A stretch of 64,000 bases of DNA from contig OZ024742.1 of assembly GCA_964016885.1 (NCBI GenBank), positions 277,326,001-277,390,000 of the forward strand, read 5' to 3'. This DNA comes from Eledone cirrhosa. Lineage: Eukaryota. The notes below the pieces were generated by a model that was not told the DNA's origin, made no database searches, and worked only from the letters and a program-made list of their open reading frames with translations. The translations under genes and the position numbers were made by a program. This document shows positions 23,791-37,126 of this stretch, piece by piece; the stretch's first letter is position 1, and each line of letters opens with the position of its first letter.

Positions 23791-24783
23791 GTAAATATAC
23801 TTTTTATCTATGAAAGAACAAAATTCTCTCTTAGATGTTCAACATATCTTTCCATAACGATCGGTCAATTGTTAGCGCTACACATGGCAACTACCATTTT
23901 CATCTGGCATTCTAGCATATTTAATTCTTTCCATTTTACCGTCGTCCCATCTCTGGCAACTAAACAATCTCTAGTTTCGTTCATCTCAAAAATATTAATT
24001 CATGTTTGCACACACAAAGCTAAACTCAAAGCCTCAGCTCGAGCCAGCGCGGCTGGACCGAGGGGACCGCATGACAATCTCCCCATTCCGTGACGGTAGG
24101 CCACACGTCTCTCTTGCTACACGATGTGGCACCTTCTCTAGCGGCAGCATGCTGCGTCCGGCTGCCAGCTTAGTATCCGCTGTTTGCCATGCCGAAGATG
24201 GCAAACTGTCCGAGTATCGGCCGCTTTCTTATATGTTTGTGGTAGAGCGAGTAGCAGTGGAGACTACCAGTGTTCTTGACGCCTAGACAACGGCCCCCGC
24301 TCATGGCCATCGGAGCTGAGTTGGGTGCGCGAAGTTGCAAGTCTCCCCAAGTTTGATTGGCTCTACCAGCTCGTCTCCGTCACCGTCCTCCCAGGCAATA
24401 TATTCTTCATCCTGTCGGTACGAAGAGGTGTAGGGTATGATAGTATCCACCTCATATTTCTCTTCTGCTGCCTAGATATTTCTTCCTAGACATATGTTAC
24501 CGAAAGTTTTCAGAGTAATCGAAAGCAACAGCTGATTTTTGATTTCATAAAAACGACAACGACGATATCAACATAAGAGAAGAATACATTTGGAAAGGTT
24601 GATTGGTGGTAAGTATTTCCGTTGGACATGCAAAATTATTGCCGACGTATAGTGTTGAAATATTGCACAAGTTTACTGATTAATGAAACAATGTTTCGAC
24701 TATTACATCATCACTATTTAAATTGTGATAAGGACGCTTACAAATTGTTAGAAGAAGCAAAGAATGGAGTAAAACAATTAGAG

Positions 24784-24855
24784 TTCCCATGCCGGGAATC
24801 GAACCCGGGCCGCCTGGGTGAAAGTCAGGAATCCTAACCACTAGACCACATGGGA
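24784..24855 (-). tRNA. trnE: tRNA-Glu(TTC), G31A variant (unit 19)
   Basis: A31.C39 mismatch. Confidence 0.85.
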
Positions 24856-25036
24856 AGCCATTGCTGAAATGAGGAAATAGTACACTTTTAAATGTGACAA
24901 TATATTAATAAACTGTAGAAACTTCTATATATTTAGAGAAGCAGGCATAACATGACAGGCACGGTTTTCATTCATAGATAAATATCACTAGCGATTTCTT
25001 CAATACGTTGCTTTACTAAAGGTCACCACCTATACA

Positions 25037-25108
25037 TCCTCGGTAGTATAGTGGTAAGTATCCCCGCCTGTCACGCGGGAGACCGGGGTTCGATTCCCCG
25101 CCGGGGAG
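25037..25108 (+). tRNA. trnD: tRNA-Asp(GTC) (unit 19)
   Basis: Consensus copy. Confidence 0.95.
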
Positions 25109-26118
25109 TACATACACTTTTTATCTATGAAAGAACAAAATTTTAGATTTTTACACACATTCTCTCTTAGATGTTCAACATATCTTTCCATAACGATCGG
25201 TCAATTGTTAGCACTACACATGGCAACTACCATTTTCATCTGGCATTCTAGCATATTTAATTCTTTCCATTTACCGTCGTCCCATCTCTGGCAACTAAAC
25301 AATCTCTCGTCTCGTTCATCTCAAAAATATTAATTCATGTTTGCACACACAAAGCTAAACTCAAAGCCTCAGCTCGAGCCAGCACGGCTGGACCGAGGGG
25401 ACGCCATGACAATCTTCCCATTCCGTGACGGTAGGCCACACGTCTCTCTTGCTACACGATGTGGCACCTTCTCTAGCGGCAGCATGCTGCGTCCAGCTGC
25501 CAGCTTAGTATCCGCTGTTTGCCACGCCGAAGATGGGAAACTGTCCGAGTATTGGCCGCTTTCTTATATGTTTGTGGTAGAGCGAGTAGCAGTGGAGACT
25601 ACCAGTGTTCTTGACCCCTAGACAACGGCCCCCGCTCATGGCCATCGGAGCTGAGTTGGGTGAGCGAAGTTGCAAGTCTCCCCCAGTTTGATTGGCTCTA
25701 CCAGCTCGTCTCCGTTACCGTCCTCCCAGGCAATATATTCTTCATCCTGTCGGTACGAAGAGGTGCAGGGTAAGATAGTTTCCACCTCATATTTCTCTTC
25801 TGCTGCCTAGATATTTCTTCCTAGACATATGTTACCGAAAGTTTTCAGAGTAATCGAAAGCAACAGCTGATTTTTGATTTCATAAAATCGACAACGACGA
25901 TATCAACATATGAGAAGAATACATTTGGAAAGGTTGATTGGTGGTAAGTATTTCCGTTGGACATGCAAAATTATTGCCGACGTATAGTGTTGAAATATTG
26001 CACAAGTTTTCTGATTAATGAAACAATGTTTCGATTATGACATCATCACTATTTAAATAGTGATAAGGACGCTTACAAATTGTTCAAAGAAGCAAAGAAT
26101 GGAGTAAAGCAATTAGAG

Positions 26119-26190
26119 TTCCCATGCCGGGAATCGAACAAGGGCCACCTGGGTGAAAGCCAGGAATCCTAACCACTAGACCACATGGGA
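26119..26190 (-). tRNA. trnE: tRNA-Glu(TTC), T-stem-broken allele (unit 20)
   Basis: G51T/G52T/C44T; T3 terminator. Confidence 0.75.
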
Positions 26191-26371
26191 ATCCATTGCT
26201 GAAATGAGGAAATAGTACACTTTTAAATGTGACAATATATTAATAAACTGTAGACACTTCTATATATTTATAGAAGCAGGCATAACATGACAGGCACGGT
26301 TTTCATTCATAGATAAATATCACTAGCGATTTCTTCAATACGTTGCTCTACTAAAGGTCACCACCTATACA

Positions 26372-26443
26372 TCCTCGGTAGTATAGTGGTAAGTATCCCC
26401 GCCTGTCACGCGGGAGACCGGGGTTCGATTCCCCGCCGGGGAG
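26372..26443 (+). tRNA. trnD: tRNA-Asp(GTC) (unit 20)
   Basis: Consensus copy. Confidence 0.95.
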
Positions 26444-27455
26444 GTACATATACTTTTTATCTATGAAAGAACAAAATTTTAGATTTTTACACACATTCTC
26501 TCTTAGATGTTCAACATATCTTTCCATAACGATCGGTCAATTGTTAGCACTACACATGGCAACTACCATTTTCATCTGGCATTCTAGCATATTTAATTCT
26601 TTCCATTTTACCGTCGTCCCATCTCTGGCAACTAAACAATCTCTCGTTTCGTTCATCTCAAAAATATTAATTCATGTTTGCACACACAAAGCTAAACTCA
26701 AAGCCTCAGCTCGAGCCAGCGCGGCTGGACCGAGGGGACGCCATGACAATCTTCCCATTCCGTGACGGTAGGCCACACGTCTCTCTTGCTACACGATGTG
26801 GCACCTTCTCTAGCGGCAGCATGCTGCGTCCAGCTGCCAGCTTAGTATCCGCTCTTTGCCACGCCGAAGATGGGAAACTGTCCGAGTATCGGCCGCTTTC
26901 TTATATGTTTGTGGTAGAGCGAGTAGCAGTGGAGACAACCAGTGTTCTTGACGCCTAGACAACGGCCCCCGCTCATGGCCATCGGAGCTGAGTTGGGTGA
27001 GCGAAGTTGCAAGTCTCCCCCAGTTTGATTGGCTCTACCAGCTCGTCTCCGTCACCGTCCTCCCAGGCAATATATTCTTCATCCTGTCGGTACGAAGAGG
27101 TGCAGGGTATGATAGTTTCCACCTCATATTTCTCTTCTGCTGCCTAGATATTTCTTCCTAGACATATGTTACCGAAAGTTTTCAGAGTAATCGAAAGCAA
27201 CAGCTGATTTTTGATTTCATAAAAACGACAACGACGATATCAACATATGAGAAGAATACATTTGGAAAGGTTGATTGGTGGTAAGTATTTCCGTTGGACA
27301 TGCAAAATTATTGCCGACGTATATTGTTGAAATATTGCACAAGTTTACTGATTAATGAAACAATGTTTCGACTATTACATCATCACTATTTAAATTGTGA
27401 TAAGGACGCTTACAAATTGTTAGAAGAAGCAAAGAATGGAGTAAAACAATTAGAG

Positions 27456-27527
27456 TTCCCATGCCGGGAATCGAACCCGGGCCGCCTGGGTGAAAGCCAG
27501 GAATCCTAACCACTAGACCACATGGGA
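27456..27527 (-). tRNA. trnE: tRNA-Glu(TTC) (unit 21)
   Basis: Consensus copy. Confidence 0.95.
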
Positions 27528-27708
27528 AGCCATTGCTGAAATGAGGAAATAGTACACTTTTAAATGTGACAATATATTAATAAACTGTAGAAACTTCTAT
27601 ATATTTATAGAAGCAGGCATAACATGACAGGCACGGTTTTCATTCATAGATAAATATCACTAGCGATTTCTTCAATACGTTGCTTTACTAAAGGTCACCA
27701 CCTATACA

Positions 27709-27780
27709 TCCTCGGTAGTATAGTGGTAAGTATCCCCGCCTGTCACGCGGGAGACCGGGGTTCGATTCCCCGCCGGGGAG
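27709..27780 (+). tRNA. trnD: tRNA-Asp(GTC) (unit 21)
   Basis: Consensus copy. Confidence 0.95.
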
Positions 27781-28794
27781 GTACATATACTTTTTATCTA
27801 TGAAAGAACAAAATTTTAGATTTTTACACACACACTCTCTCTTAGATGTTCAACATATCTTTCCATAACGATCGGTCAATTGTTAGCACTACACATGGCA
27901 ACTACCATTTTCATCTGGCATTCTAGCATATTTAATTCTTTCCATTTTACCGTCGTCCCATCTCTGGCAACTAAACAATCTCTCGTTTCGTTCATCTCAA
28001 AAATATTAATTCATGTTTGCACACACAAAGCTAAACTCAAAGCCTCAGCTCGAGCCAGCGCGGCTGGACCGAGGGGACGCCATGACAATCTTCCCATTCC
28101 GTGACGGTAGGCCACACGTCTCTCTTGCTACACGATGTGACACCTTCTCTAGCGGCAGCATGCTGCGTCCAGCTGCCAGCTTAGTATCCGCTCTTTGCCA
28201 CGCCGAAGATGGGAAACTGTCCGAGTATCGGCCGCTTTCTTATATGTTTGTGGTAGAGCGAGTAGCAGTGGAGACTACCAGTGTTCTTGACGCCTAGACA
28301 ACGGCCCCCGCTCATGGCCATCGGAGCTGAGTTGGGTGCGCGAAGTTGCAAGTCTCCCCCAGTTTGATTGGCTCTACCAGCTCGTCTCCGTCACCGTCCT
28401 CCCAGGCAATATATTCTTCATCCTGTCGGTACGAAGAGGTGCAGGGTATGATAGTTTCCACCTCATATTTCTCTTCTGCTGCCTAGATATTTCTTCCTAG
28501 ACATATGTTACCGAAAGTTTTCAGAGTAATCGAAAGCAACAGTTGATTTTTGATTTCATAAAAACTACAACGACGATATCAACATAAGAGAAGAATACAT
28601 TTGGAAAGGTTGATTGGTGGTAAGTATTTCCGTTGGACATGCAAAATTATTGCCGACGTATAGTGTTGAAATATTGCACAAGTTTTCTGATTAATGAAAC
28701 AATGTTTCGATTATGACATCATCACTATTTAAATTATGATAAGGACGCTTACAAATTGTTAGAAGAAGCAAAGAATGGAGTAAAACAATTAGAG

Positions 28795-28866
28795 TTCCCA
28801 TGCCGGGAATCGAACCCGGGCCGCCTGAGTGAAAGCCAGGAATCCTAACCACTAGACCACATGGGA
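28795..28866 (-). tRNA. trnE: tRNA-Glu(TTC), C39T variant (unit 22)
   Basis: Same allele as unit 18. Confidence 0.92.
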
Positions 28867-29047
28867 AGCCATTGCTGAAATGAGGAAATAGTACACTTTT
28901 AAATGTGACAATATATTAATAAACTGTAGAAACTTCTATATATTTAGAGAAGCAGGCATAACATGACAGGCACGGTTTTCATTCATAGATAAATATCACT
29001 AGCGATTTCTTCAATACGTTGCTCTACTAAAGGTCACCACCTGTACA

Positions 29048-29118
29048 TCCTCGGTAGTATAGTGGTAAGTATCCCCGCCTGTCACGCGGGAGACCGGGGT
29101 TCGATTCCCCGCCGGGAG
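29048..29118 (+). tRNA. trnD: tRNA-Asp(GTC), 1-nt deletion in acceptor 3' strand (unit 22)
   Basis: Same allele as unit 18. Confidence 0.75.
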
Positions 29119-30111
29119 GTAAATATACTTTTTATCTATGAAAGAACAAAATTCTCTCTTAGATGTTCAACATATCTTTCCATAACGATCGGTCAATTGT
29201 TAGCACTACACATGGCAACTACCATTTTCATCTGGCATTCTAGCATATTTAATTCTTTCCATTTTACCGTCGTCCCATCTCTGGCAACTAAACAATCTCT
29301 AGTTTCGTTCATCTCAAAAATATTAATTCATGTTTGCACACACAAAGCTAAACTCAAAGCCTCAGCTCGAGCCAGCGCGGCTGGACCGAGGGGACCGCAT
29401 GACAATCTCCCCATTCCGTGACGGTAGGCCACACGTCTCTCTTGCTACACGATGTGGCACCTTCTCTAGCGGCAGCATGCTGCGTCCGGCTGCCAGCTTA
29501 GTATCCGCTGTTTGCCATGCCGAAGATGGCAAACTGTCCGAGTATCGGCCGCTTTCTTATATGTTTGTGGTAGAGCGAGTAGCAGTGGAGACTACCAGTG
29601 TTCTTGACGCCTAGACAACGGCCCCCGCTCATGGCCATCGGAGCTGAGTTGGGTGCGCGAAGTTGCAAGTCTCCCCCAGTTTGATTGGCTCTACCAGCTC
29701 GTCTCCGTCACCGTCCTCCCAGGCAATATATTCTTCATCCTGTCGGTACGAAGAGGTGTAGGGTATGATAGTATCCACCTCATATTTCTCTTCTGCTGCC
29801 TAGATATTTCTTCCTAGACATATGTTACCGAAAGTTTTCAGAGTAATCGAAAGCAACAGCTGATTTTTGATTTCATAAAAACGACAACGACGATATCAAC
29901 ATAAGAGAAGAATACATTTGGAAAGGTTGATTGGTGGTAAGTATTTCCGTTGGACATGCAAAATTATTGCCGACGTATAGTGTTGAAATATTGCACAAGT
30001 TTACTGATTAATGAAACAATGTTTCGACTATTACATCATCACTATTTAAATTGTGATAAGGACGCTTACAAATTGTTAGAAGAAGCAAAGAATGGAGTAA
30101 AACAATTAGAG

Positions 30112-30183
30112 TTCCCATGCCGGGAATCGAACCCGGGCCGCCTGGGTGAAAGTCAGGAATCCTAACCACTAGACCACATGGGA
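30112..30183 (-). tRNA. trnE: tRNA-Glu(TTC), G31A variant (unit 23)
   Basis: A31.C39 mismatch. Confidence 0.85.
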
Positions 30184-30364
30184 AGCCATTGCTGAAATGA
30201 GGAAATAGTACACTTTTAAATGTGACAATATATTAATAAACTGTAGAAACTTCTATATATTTAGAGAAGCAGGCATAACATGACAGGCACGGTTTTCATT
30301 CATAGATAAATATCACTAGCGATTTCTTCAATACGTTGCTTTACTAAAGGTCACCACCTATACA

Positions 30365-30436
30365 TCCTCGGTAGTATAGTGGTAAGTATCCCCGCCTGTC
30401 ACGCGGGAGACCGGGGTTCGATTCCCCGCCGGGGAG
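30365..30436 (+). tRNA. trnD: tRNA-Asp(GTC) (unit 23)
   Basis: Consensus copy. Confidence 0.95.
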
Positions 30437-31446
30437 TACATACACTTTTTATCTATGAAAGAACAAAATTTTAGATTTTTACACACATTCTCTCTTAGAT
30501 GTTCAACATATCTTTCCATAACGATCGGTCAATTGTTAGCACTACACATGGCAACTACCATTTTCATCTGGCATTCTAGCATATTTAATTCTTTCCATTT
30601 ACCGTCGTCCCATCTCTGGCAACTAAACAATCTCTCGTTTCGTTCATCTCAAAAATATTAATTCATGTTTGCACACACAAAGCTAAACTCAAAGCCTCAG
30701 CTCGAGCCAGCACGGCTGGACCGAGGGGACGCCATGACAATCTTCCCATTCCGTGACGGTAGGCCACACGTCTCTCTTGCTACACGATGTGGCACCTTCT
30801 CTAGCGGCAGCATGCTGCGTCCAGCTGCCAGCTTAGTATCCGCTGTTTGCCACGCCGAAGATGGGAAACTGTCCGAGTATTGGCCGCTTTCTTATATGTT
30901 TGTGGTAGAGCGAGTAGCAGTGGAGACTACCAGTGTTCTTGACCCCTAGACAACGGCCCCCGCTCATGGCCATCGGAGCTGAGTTGGGTGAGCGAAGTTG
31001 CAAGTCTCCCCCAGTTTGATTGGCTCTACCAGCTCGTCTCCGTTACCGTCCTCCCAGGCAATATATTCTTCATCCTGTCGGTACGAAGAGGTGCAGGGTA
31101 TGATAGTTTCCACCTCATATTTCTCTTCTGCTGCCTAGATATTTCTTCCTAGACATATGTTACCGAAAGTTTTCAGAGTAATCGAAAGCAACAGCTGATT
31201 TTTGATTTCATAAAATCGACAACGACGATATCAACATATGAGAAGAATACATTTGGAAAGGTTGATTGGTGGTAAGTATTTCCGTTGGACATGCAAAATT
31301 ATTGCCGACGTATAGTGTTGAAATATTGCACAAGTTTTCTGATTAATGAAACAATGTTTCGATTATGACATCATCACTATTTAAATAGTGATAAGGACGC
31401 TTACAAATTGTTCAAAGAAGCAAAGAATGGAGTAAAGCAATTAGAG

Positions 31447-31518
31447 TTCCCATGCCGGGAATCGAACAAGGGCCACCTGGGTGAAAGCCAGGAATCCTAA
31501 CCACTAGACCACATGGGA
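31447..31518 (-). tRNA. trnE: tRNA-Glu(TTC), T-stem-broken allele (unit 24)
   Basis: G51T/G52T/C44T; T3 terminator. Confidence 0.75.
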
Positions 31519-31699
31519 ATCCATTGCTGAAATGAGGAAATAGTACACTTTTAAATGTGACAATATATTAATAAACTGTAGACACTTCTATATATTTATA
31601 GAAGCAGGCATAACATGACAGGCACGGTTTTCATTCATAGATAAATATCACTAGCGATTTCTTCAATACGTTGCTCTACTAAAGGTCACCACCTATACA

Positions 31700-31771
31700 T
31701 CCTCGGTAGTATAGTGGTAAGTATCCCCGCCTGTCACGCGGGAGACCGGGGTTCGATTCCCCGCCGGGGAG
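31700..31771 (+). tRNA. trnD: tRNA-Asp(GTC) (unit 24)
   Basis: Consensus copy. Confidence 0.95.
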
Positions 31772-32783
31772 GTACATATACTTTTTATCTATGAAAGAAC
31801 AAAATTTTAGATTTTTACACACATTCTCTCTTAGATGTTCAACATATCTTTCCATAACGATCGGTCAATTGTTAGCACTACACATGGCAACTACCATTTT
31901 CATCTGGCATTCTAGCATATTTAATTCTTTCCATTTTACCGTCGTCCCATCTCTGGCAACTAAACAATCTCTCGTTTCGTTCATCTCAAAAATATTAATT
32001 CATGTTTGCACACACAAAGCTAAACTCAAAGCCTCAGCTCGAGCCAGCGCGGCTGGACCGAGGGGACGCCATGACAATCTTCCCATTCCGTGACGGTAGG
32101 CCACACGTCTCTCTTGCTACACGATGTGGCACCTTCTCTAGCGGCAGCATGCTGCGTCCAGCTGCCAGCTTAGTATCCGCTCTTTGCCACGCCGAAGATG
32201 GGAAACTGTCCGAGTATCGGCCGCTTTCTTATATGTTTGTGGTAGAGCGAGTAGCAGTGGAGACAACCAGTGTTCTTGACGCCTAGACAACGGCCCCCGC
32301 TCATGGCCATCGGAGCTGAGTTGGGTGAGCGAAGTTGCAAGTCTCCCCCAGTTTGATTGGCTCTACCAGCTCGTCTCCGTCACCGTCCTCCCAGGCAATA
32401 TATTCTTCATCCTGTCGGTACGAAGAGGTGCAGGGTATGATAGTTTCCACCTCATATTTCTCTTCTGCTGCCTAGATATTTCTTCCTAGACATATGTTAC
32501 CGAAAGTTTTCAGAGTAATCGAAAGCAACAGCTGATTTTTGATTTCATAAAAACGACAACGACGATATCAACATATGAGAAGAATACATTTGGAAAGGTT
32601 GATTGGTGGTAAGTATTTCCGTTGGACATGCAAAATTATTGCCGACGTATATTGTTGAAATATTGCACAAGTTTACTGATTAATGAAACAATGTTTCGAC
32701 TATTACATCATCACTATTTAAATTGTGATAAGGACGCTTACAAATTGTTAGAAGAAGCAAAGAATGGAGTAAAACAATTAGAG

Positions 32784-32855
32784 TTCCCATGCCGGGAATC
32801 GAACCCGGGCCGCCTGGGTGAAAGCCAGGAATCCTAACCACTAGACCACATGGGA
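32784..32855 (-). tRNA. trnE: tRNA-Glu(TTC) (unit 25)
   Basis: Consensus copy. Confidence 0.95.
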
Positions 32856-33036
32856 AGCCATTGCTGAAATGAGGAAATAGTACACTTTTAAATGTGACAA
32901 TATATTAATAAACTGTAGAAACTTCTATATATTTATAGAAGCAGGCATAACATGACAGGCACGGTTTTCATTCATAGATAAATATCACTAGCGATTTCTT
33001 CAATACGTTGCTTTACTAAAGGTCACCACCTATACA

Positions 33037-33108
33037 TCCTCGGTAGTATAGTGGTAAGTATCCCCGCCTGTCACGCGGGAGACCGGGGTTCGATTCCCCG
33101 CCGGGGAG
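33037..33108 (+). tRNA. trnD: tRNA-Asp(GTC) (unit 25)
   Basis: Consensus copy. Confidence 0.95.
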
Positions 33109-34123
33109 GTACATATACTTTTTATCTATGAAAGAACAAAATTTTAGATTTTTACACACACACTCTCTCTTAGATGTTCAACATATCTTTCCATAACGAT
33201 CGGTCAATTGTTAGCACTACACATGGCAACTACCATTTTCATCTGGCATTCTAGCATATTTAATTCTTTCCATTTTACCGTCGTCCCATCTCTGGCAACT
33301 AAACAATCTCTCGTTTCGTTCATCTCAAAAATATTAATTCATGTTTGCACACACAAAGCTAAACTCAAAGCCTCAGCTCGAGCCAGCGCGGCTGGACCGA
33401 GGGGACCGCATGACAATCTCCCCATTCCGTGACGGTAGGCCACACGTCTCTCTTGCTACACGATGTGGCACCTTCTCTAGCGGCAGCATGCTGCGTCCGG
33501 CTGCCAGCTTAGTATCCGCTGTTTGCCATGCCGAAGATGGCAAACTGTCCGAGTATCGGCCGCTTTCTTATATGTTTGTGGTAGAGCGAGTAGCAGTGGA
33601 GACTACCAGTGTTCTTGACGCCTAGACAACGGCCCCCGCTCATGGCCATCGGAGCTGAGTTGGGTGCGCGAAGTTGCAAGTCTCCCCCAGTTTGATTGGC
33701 TCTACCAGCTCGTCTCCGTCACCGTCCTCCCAGGCAATATATTCTTCATCCTGTCGGTACGAAGAGGTGCAGGGTATGATAGTTTCCACCTCATATTTCT
33801 CTTCTGCTGCCTAGATATTTCTTCCTAGACATATGTTACCGAAAGTTTTCAGAGTAATCGAAAGCAACAGCTGATTTTTGATTTCATAAAAACGACAACG
33901 ACGATATCAACATATGAGAAGAATACATTTGGAAAGGTTGATTGGTGGTAAGTATTTCCGTTGGACATGCAAAATTATTGCCGACGTATAGTGTTGAAAT
34001 ATTGCACAAGTTTACTGATTAATGAAACAATGTTTCGACTAATATTATCATCACTATTTAAATTGTGATAAGGACGCTTACAAATTGTTAGAAGAAGCAA
34101 AGAATGGAGTAAAACAATTAGAG

Positions 34124-34195
34124 TTCCCATGCCGGGAATCGAACCCGGGCCGGCTGGGTGAAAGCCAGGAATCCTAACCACTAGACCACATTGGA
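34124..34195 (-). tRNA. trnE: tRNA-Glu(TTC), C4A+G43C allele (unit 26)
   Basis: Acceptor- and anticodon-stem mismatches. Confidence 0.8.
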
Positions 34196-34376
34196 AGCCA
34201 TTGCTGAAATGAGGAAATATTACACTTTTAAATGTGACAATATATTAATAAACTGTAGAAACTTCTATATATTTATAGAAGCAGGCATAACAAGACAGGC
34301 ACGGTTTTCATTCATAGATAAATATCACTAGCGATTTCTTCAATACGTTGCTTTACTAAAGGTCACCACCTATACA

Positions 34377-34448
34377 TCCTCGGTAGTATAGTGGTAAGTA
34401 TCCCCGCCTGTCACGCGGGAGACCGGGGTTCGATTCCCCGCCGGGGAG
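34377..34448 (+). tRNA. trnD: tRNA-Asp(GTC) (unit 26)
   Basis: Consensus copy. Confidence 0.95.
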
Positions 34449-35462
34449 GTACATATACTTTTTATCTATGAAAGAACAACATTTTAGATTTTTACACACA
34501 CACTCTCTCTTAGATGTTCAACATATCTTTCCATAACGATCGGTCAATTGTTAGCACTACACATGGCAACTACCATTTTCATCTGGCATTCTAGCATATT
34601 TAATTCTTTCCATTTTACCGTCGTCCCATCTCTGGCAACTAAACAATCTCTCGTTTCGTTCATCTCAAAAATATTAATTCATGTTTGCACACACAAAGCT
34701 AAACTCAAAGCCTCAGCTCGAGCCAGCGCGGCTGGACCGAGGGGACGCCATGACAATCTTCCCATTCCGTGACGGTAGGCCACACGTCTCTCTTGCTACA
34801 CGATGTGGCACCTTCTCTAGCGGCAGCATGCTGCGTCCGGCTGCCAGCTTAGTATCCGCTGTTTGCCATGCCGAAGATGGGAAACTGTCCGAGTATTGGC
34901 CGCTTTCTTATATGTTTGTGGTAGAGCGAGTAGCAGTGGAGACTACCAGTGTTCTTGACCCCTAGACAACGGCCCCCGCTCATGGCCATCGGAGCTGAGT
35001 TGGGTGCGCGAAATTGCAAGTCTCCCCCAGTTTGATTGGCTCTACCAGCTCGTCTCCGTCACCGTCCTCCCAGGCAATATATTCTTCATCCTGTCGGTAC
35101 GAAGAGGTGCAGGGTATGATAGTTTCCACCTCATATTTCTCTTCTGCTGCCTAGATATTTCTTCCTAGACATATGTTACCGAAAGTTTTCAGAGTAATCG
35201 AAAGCAACAGCTGATTTTTGATTTCATAAAAACGACAACGACGATATCAACATAAGAGAAGAATACATTTTGAAAGGTTGATTGGTGGTAAGTATTTCCG
35301 TTGGACATGCAAAATTATTGCCGACGTATAGTGTTGAAATAATGCACAAGTTTACTGATTAATGAAACAATGTTTCGACTATTACATCATCACTATTTAA
35401 ATTGTGATAAGGACGCTTACAAATTGTTAGAAGAAACAAAGAATGGATTAAAACAATTAGAG

Positions 35463-35534
35463 TTCCCATGCCGGGAATCGAACCCGGGCCGCCTGGGTGA
35501 AAGCCAGGAATCCTAACCACTAGACCACATGGGA
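35463..35534 (-). tRNA. trnE: tRNA-Glu(TTC) (unit 27)
   Basis: Consensus copy. Confidence 0.95.
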
Positions 35535-35715
35535 AGCCATTGCTGAAATGAGGAAATAGTACACTTTTAAATGTGACAATATATTAATAAACTGTAGAAA
35601 CTTCTATATATTTATAGAAGCAGGCATAACATGACAGGCACGGTTTTCATTCATAGATAAATATCACTAGCGATTTCTTCAATACGTTGCTTTACTAAAG
35701 GTCACCGCCTATACA

Positions 35716-35787
35716 TCCTCGGTAGTATAGTGGTAAGTATCCCCGCCTGTCACGCGGGAGACCGGGGTTCGATTCCCCGCCGGGGAG
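35716..35787 (+). tRNA. trnD: tRNA-Asp(GTC) (unit 27)
   Basis: Consensus copy. Confidence 0.95.
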
Positions 35788-36801
35788 GTACATATACTTT
35801 TTATCTATGAAAGAACAAAATTTTAGATTTTTACACACACACTCTCTCTTAGATGTTCAACATATCTTTCCATAACGATCGGTCAATTGTTAGCACTACA
35901 CATGGCAACTACCATTTTCATCTGGCATTCTAGCATATTTAATTCTTTCCATTTTACCGTCGTCCCATCTCTGGCAACTAAACAATCTCTCGTTTCGTTC
36001 ATCTCAAAAATATTAATTCATGTTTGCACACACAAAGCTAAACTCAAAGCCTCAGCTCGAGCCAGCGCGGCTGGACCGAGGGGACGCCATGACAATCTTC
36101 CCATTCCGTGACGGTAGGCCACACGTCTCTCTTGCTACACGATGTGGCACCTTCTCTAGCGGCAGCATGCTGCGTCCAGCTGCCAGCTTAGTATCCGCTG
36201 TTTGCCACGCCGAAGATGGGAAACTGTCCGAGTATTGGCCGCTTTCTTATATGTTTGTGGTAGAGCGAGTAGCAGTGGAGACTACCAGTGTTCTTGACCC
36301 CTAGACAACGGCCCCCGCTCATGGCCATCGGAGCTGAGTTGGGTGAGCGAAGTTGCAAGTCTCCCCCAGTTTGATTGGCTCTACCAGCTCGTCTCCGTTA
36401 CCGTCCTCCCAGGCAATATATTCTTCATCCTGTCGGTACGAAGAGGTGCAGGGTATGATAGTTTCCACCTCATATTTCTCTTCTGCTGCCTAGATATTTC
36501 TTCCTAGACATATGTTACCGAAAGTTTTCAGAGTAATCGAAAGCAACAGCTGATTTTTGATTTCATAAAATCGACAACGACGATATCAACATATGAGAAG
36601 AATACATTTGGAAAGGTTGATTGGTGGTAAGTATTTCCGTTGGACATGCAAAATTATTGCCGACGTATAGTGTTGAAATATTGCACAAGTTTTCTGATTA
36701 ATGAAACAATGTTTCGATTATGACATCATCACTATTTAAATAGTGATAAGGACGCTTACAAATTGTTCAAAGAAGCAAAGAATGGAGTAAAGCAATTAGA
36801 G

Positions 36802-36873
36802 TTCCCATGCCGGGAATCGAACAAGGGCCACCTGGGTGAAAGCCAGGAATCCTAACCACTAGACCACATGGGA
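36802..36873 (-). tRNA. trnE: tRNA-Glu(TTC), T-stem-broken allele (unit 28)
   Basis: G51T/G52T/C44T; T3 terminator. Confidence 0.75.
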
Positions 36874-37054
36874 ATCCATTGCTGAAATGAGGAAATAGTA
36901 CACTTTTAAATGTGACAATATATTAATAAACTGTAGACACTTCTATATATTTATAGAAGCAGGCATAACATGACAGGCACGGTTTTCATTCATAGATAAA
37001 TATCACTAGCGATTTCTTCAATACGTTGCTCTACTAAAGGTCACCACCTATACA

Positions 37055-37126
37055 TCCTCGGTAGTATAGTGGTAAGTATCCCCGCCTGTCACGCGGGAGA
37101 CCGGGGTTCGATTCCCCGCCGGGGAG
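37055..37126 (+). tRNA. trnD: tRNA-Asp(GTC) (unit 28)
   Basis: Consensus copy. Confidence 0.95.
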
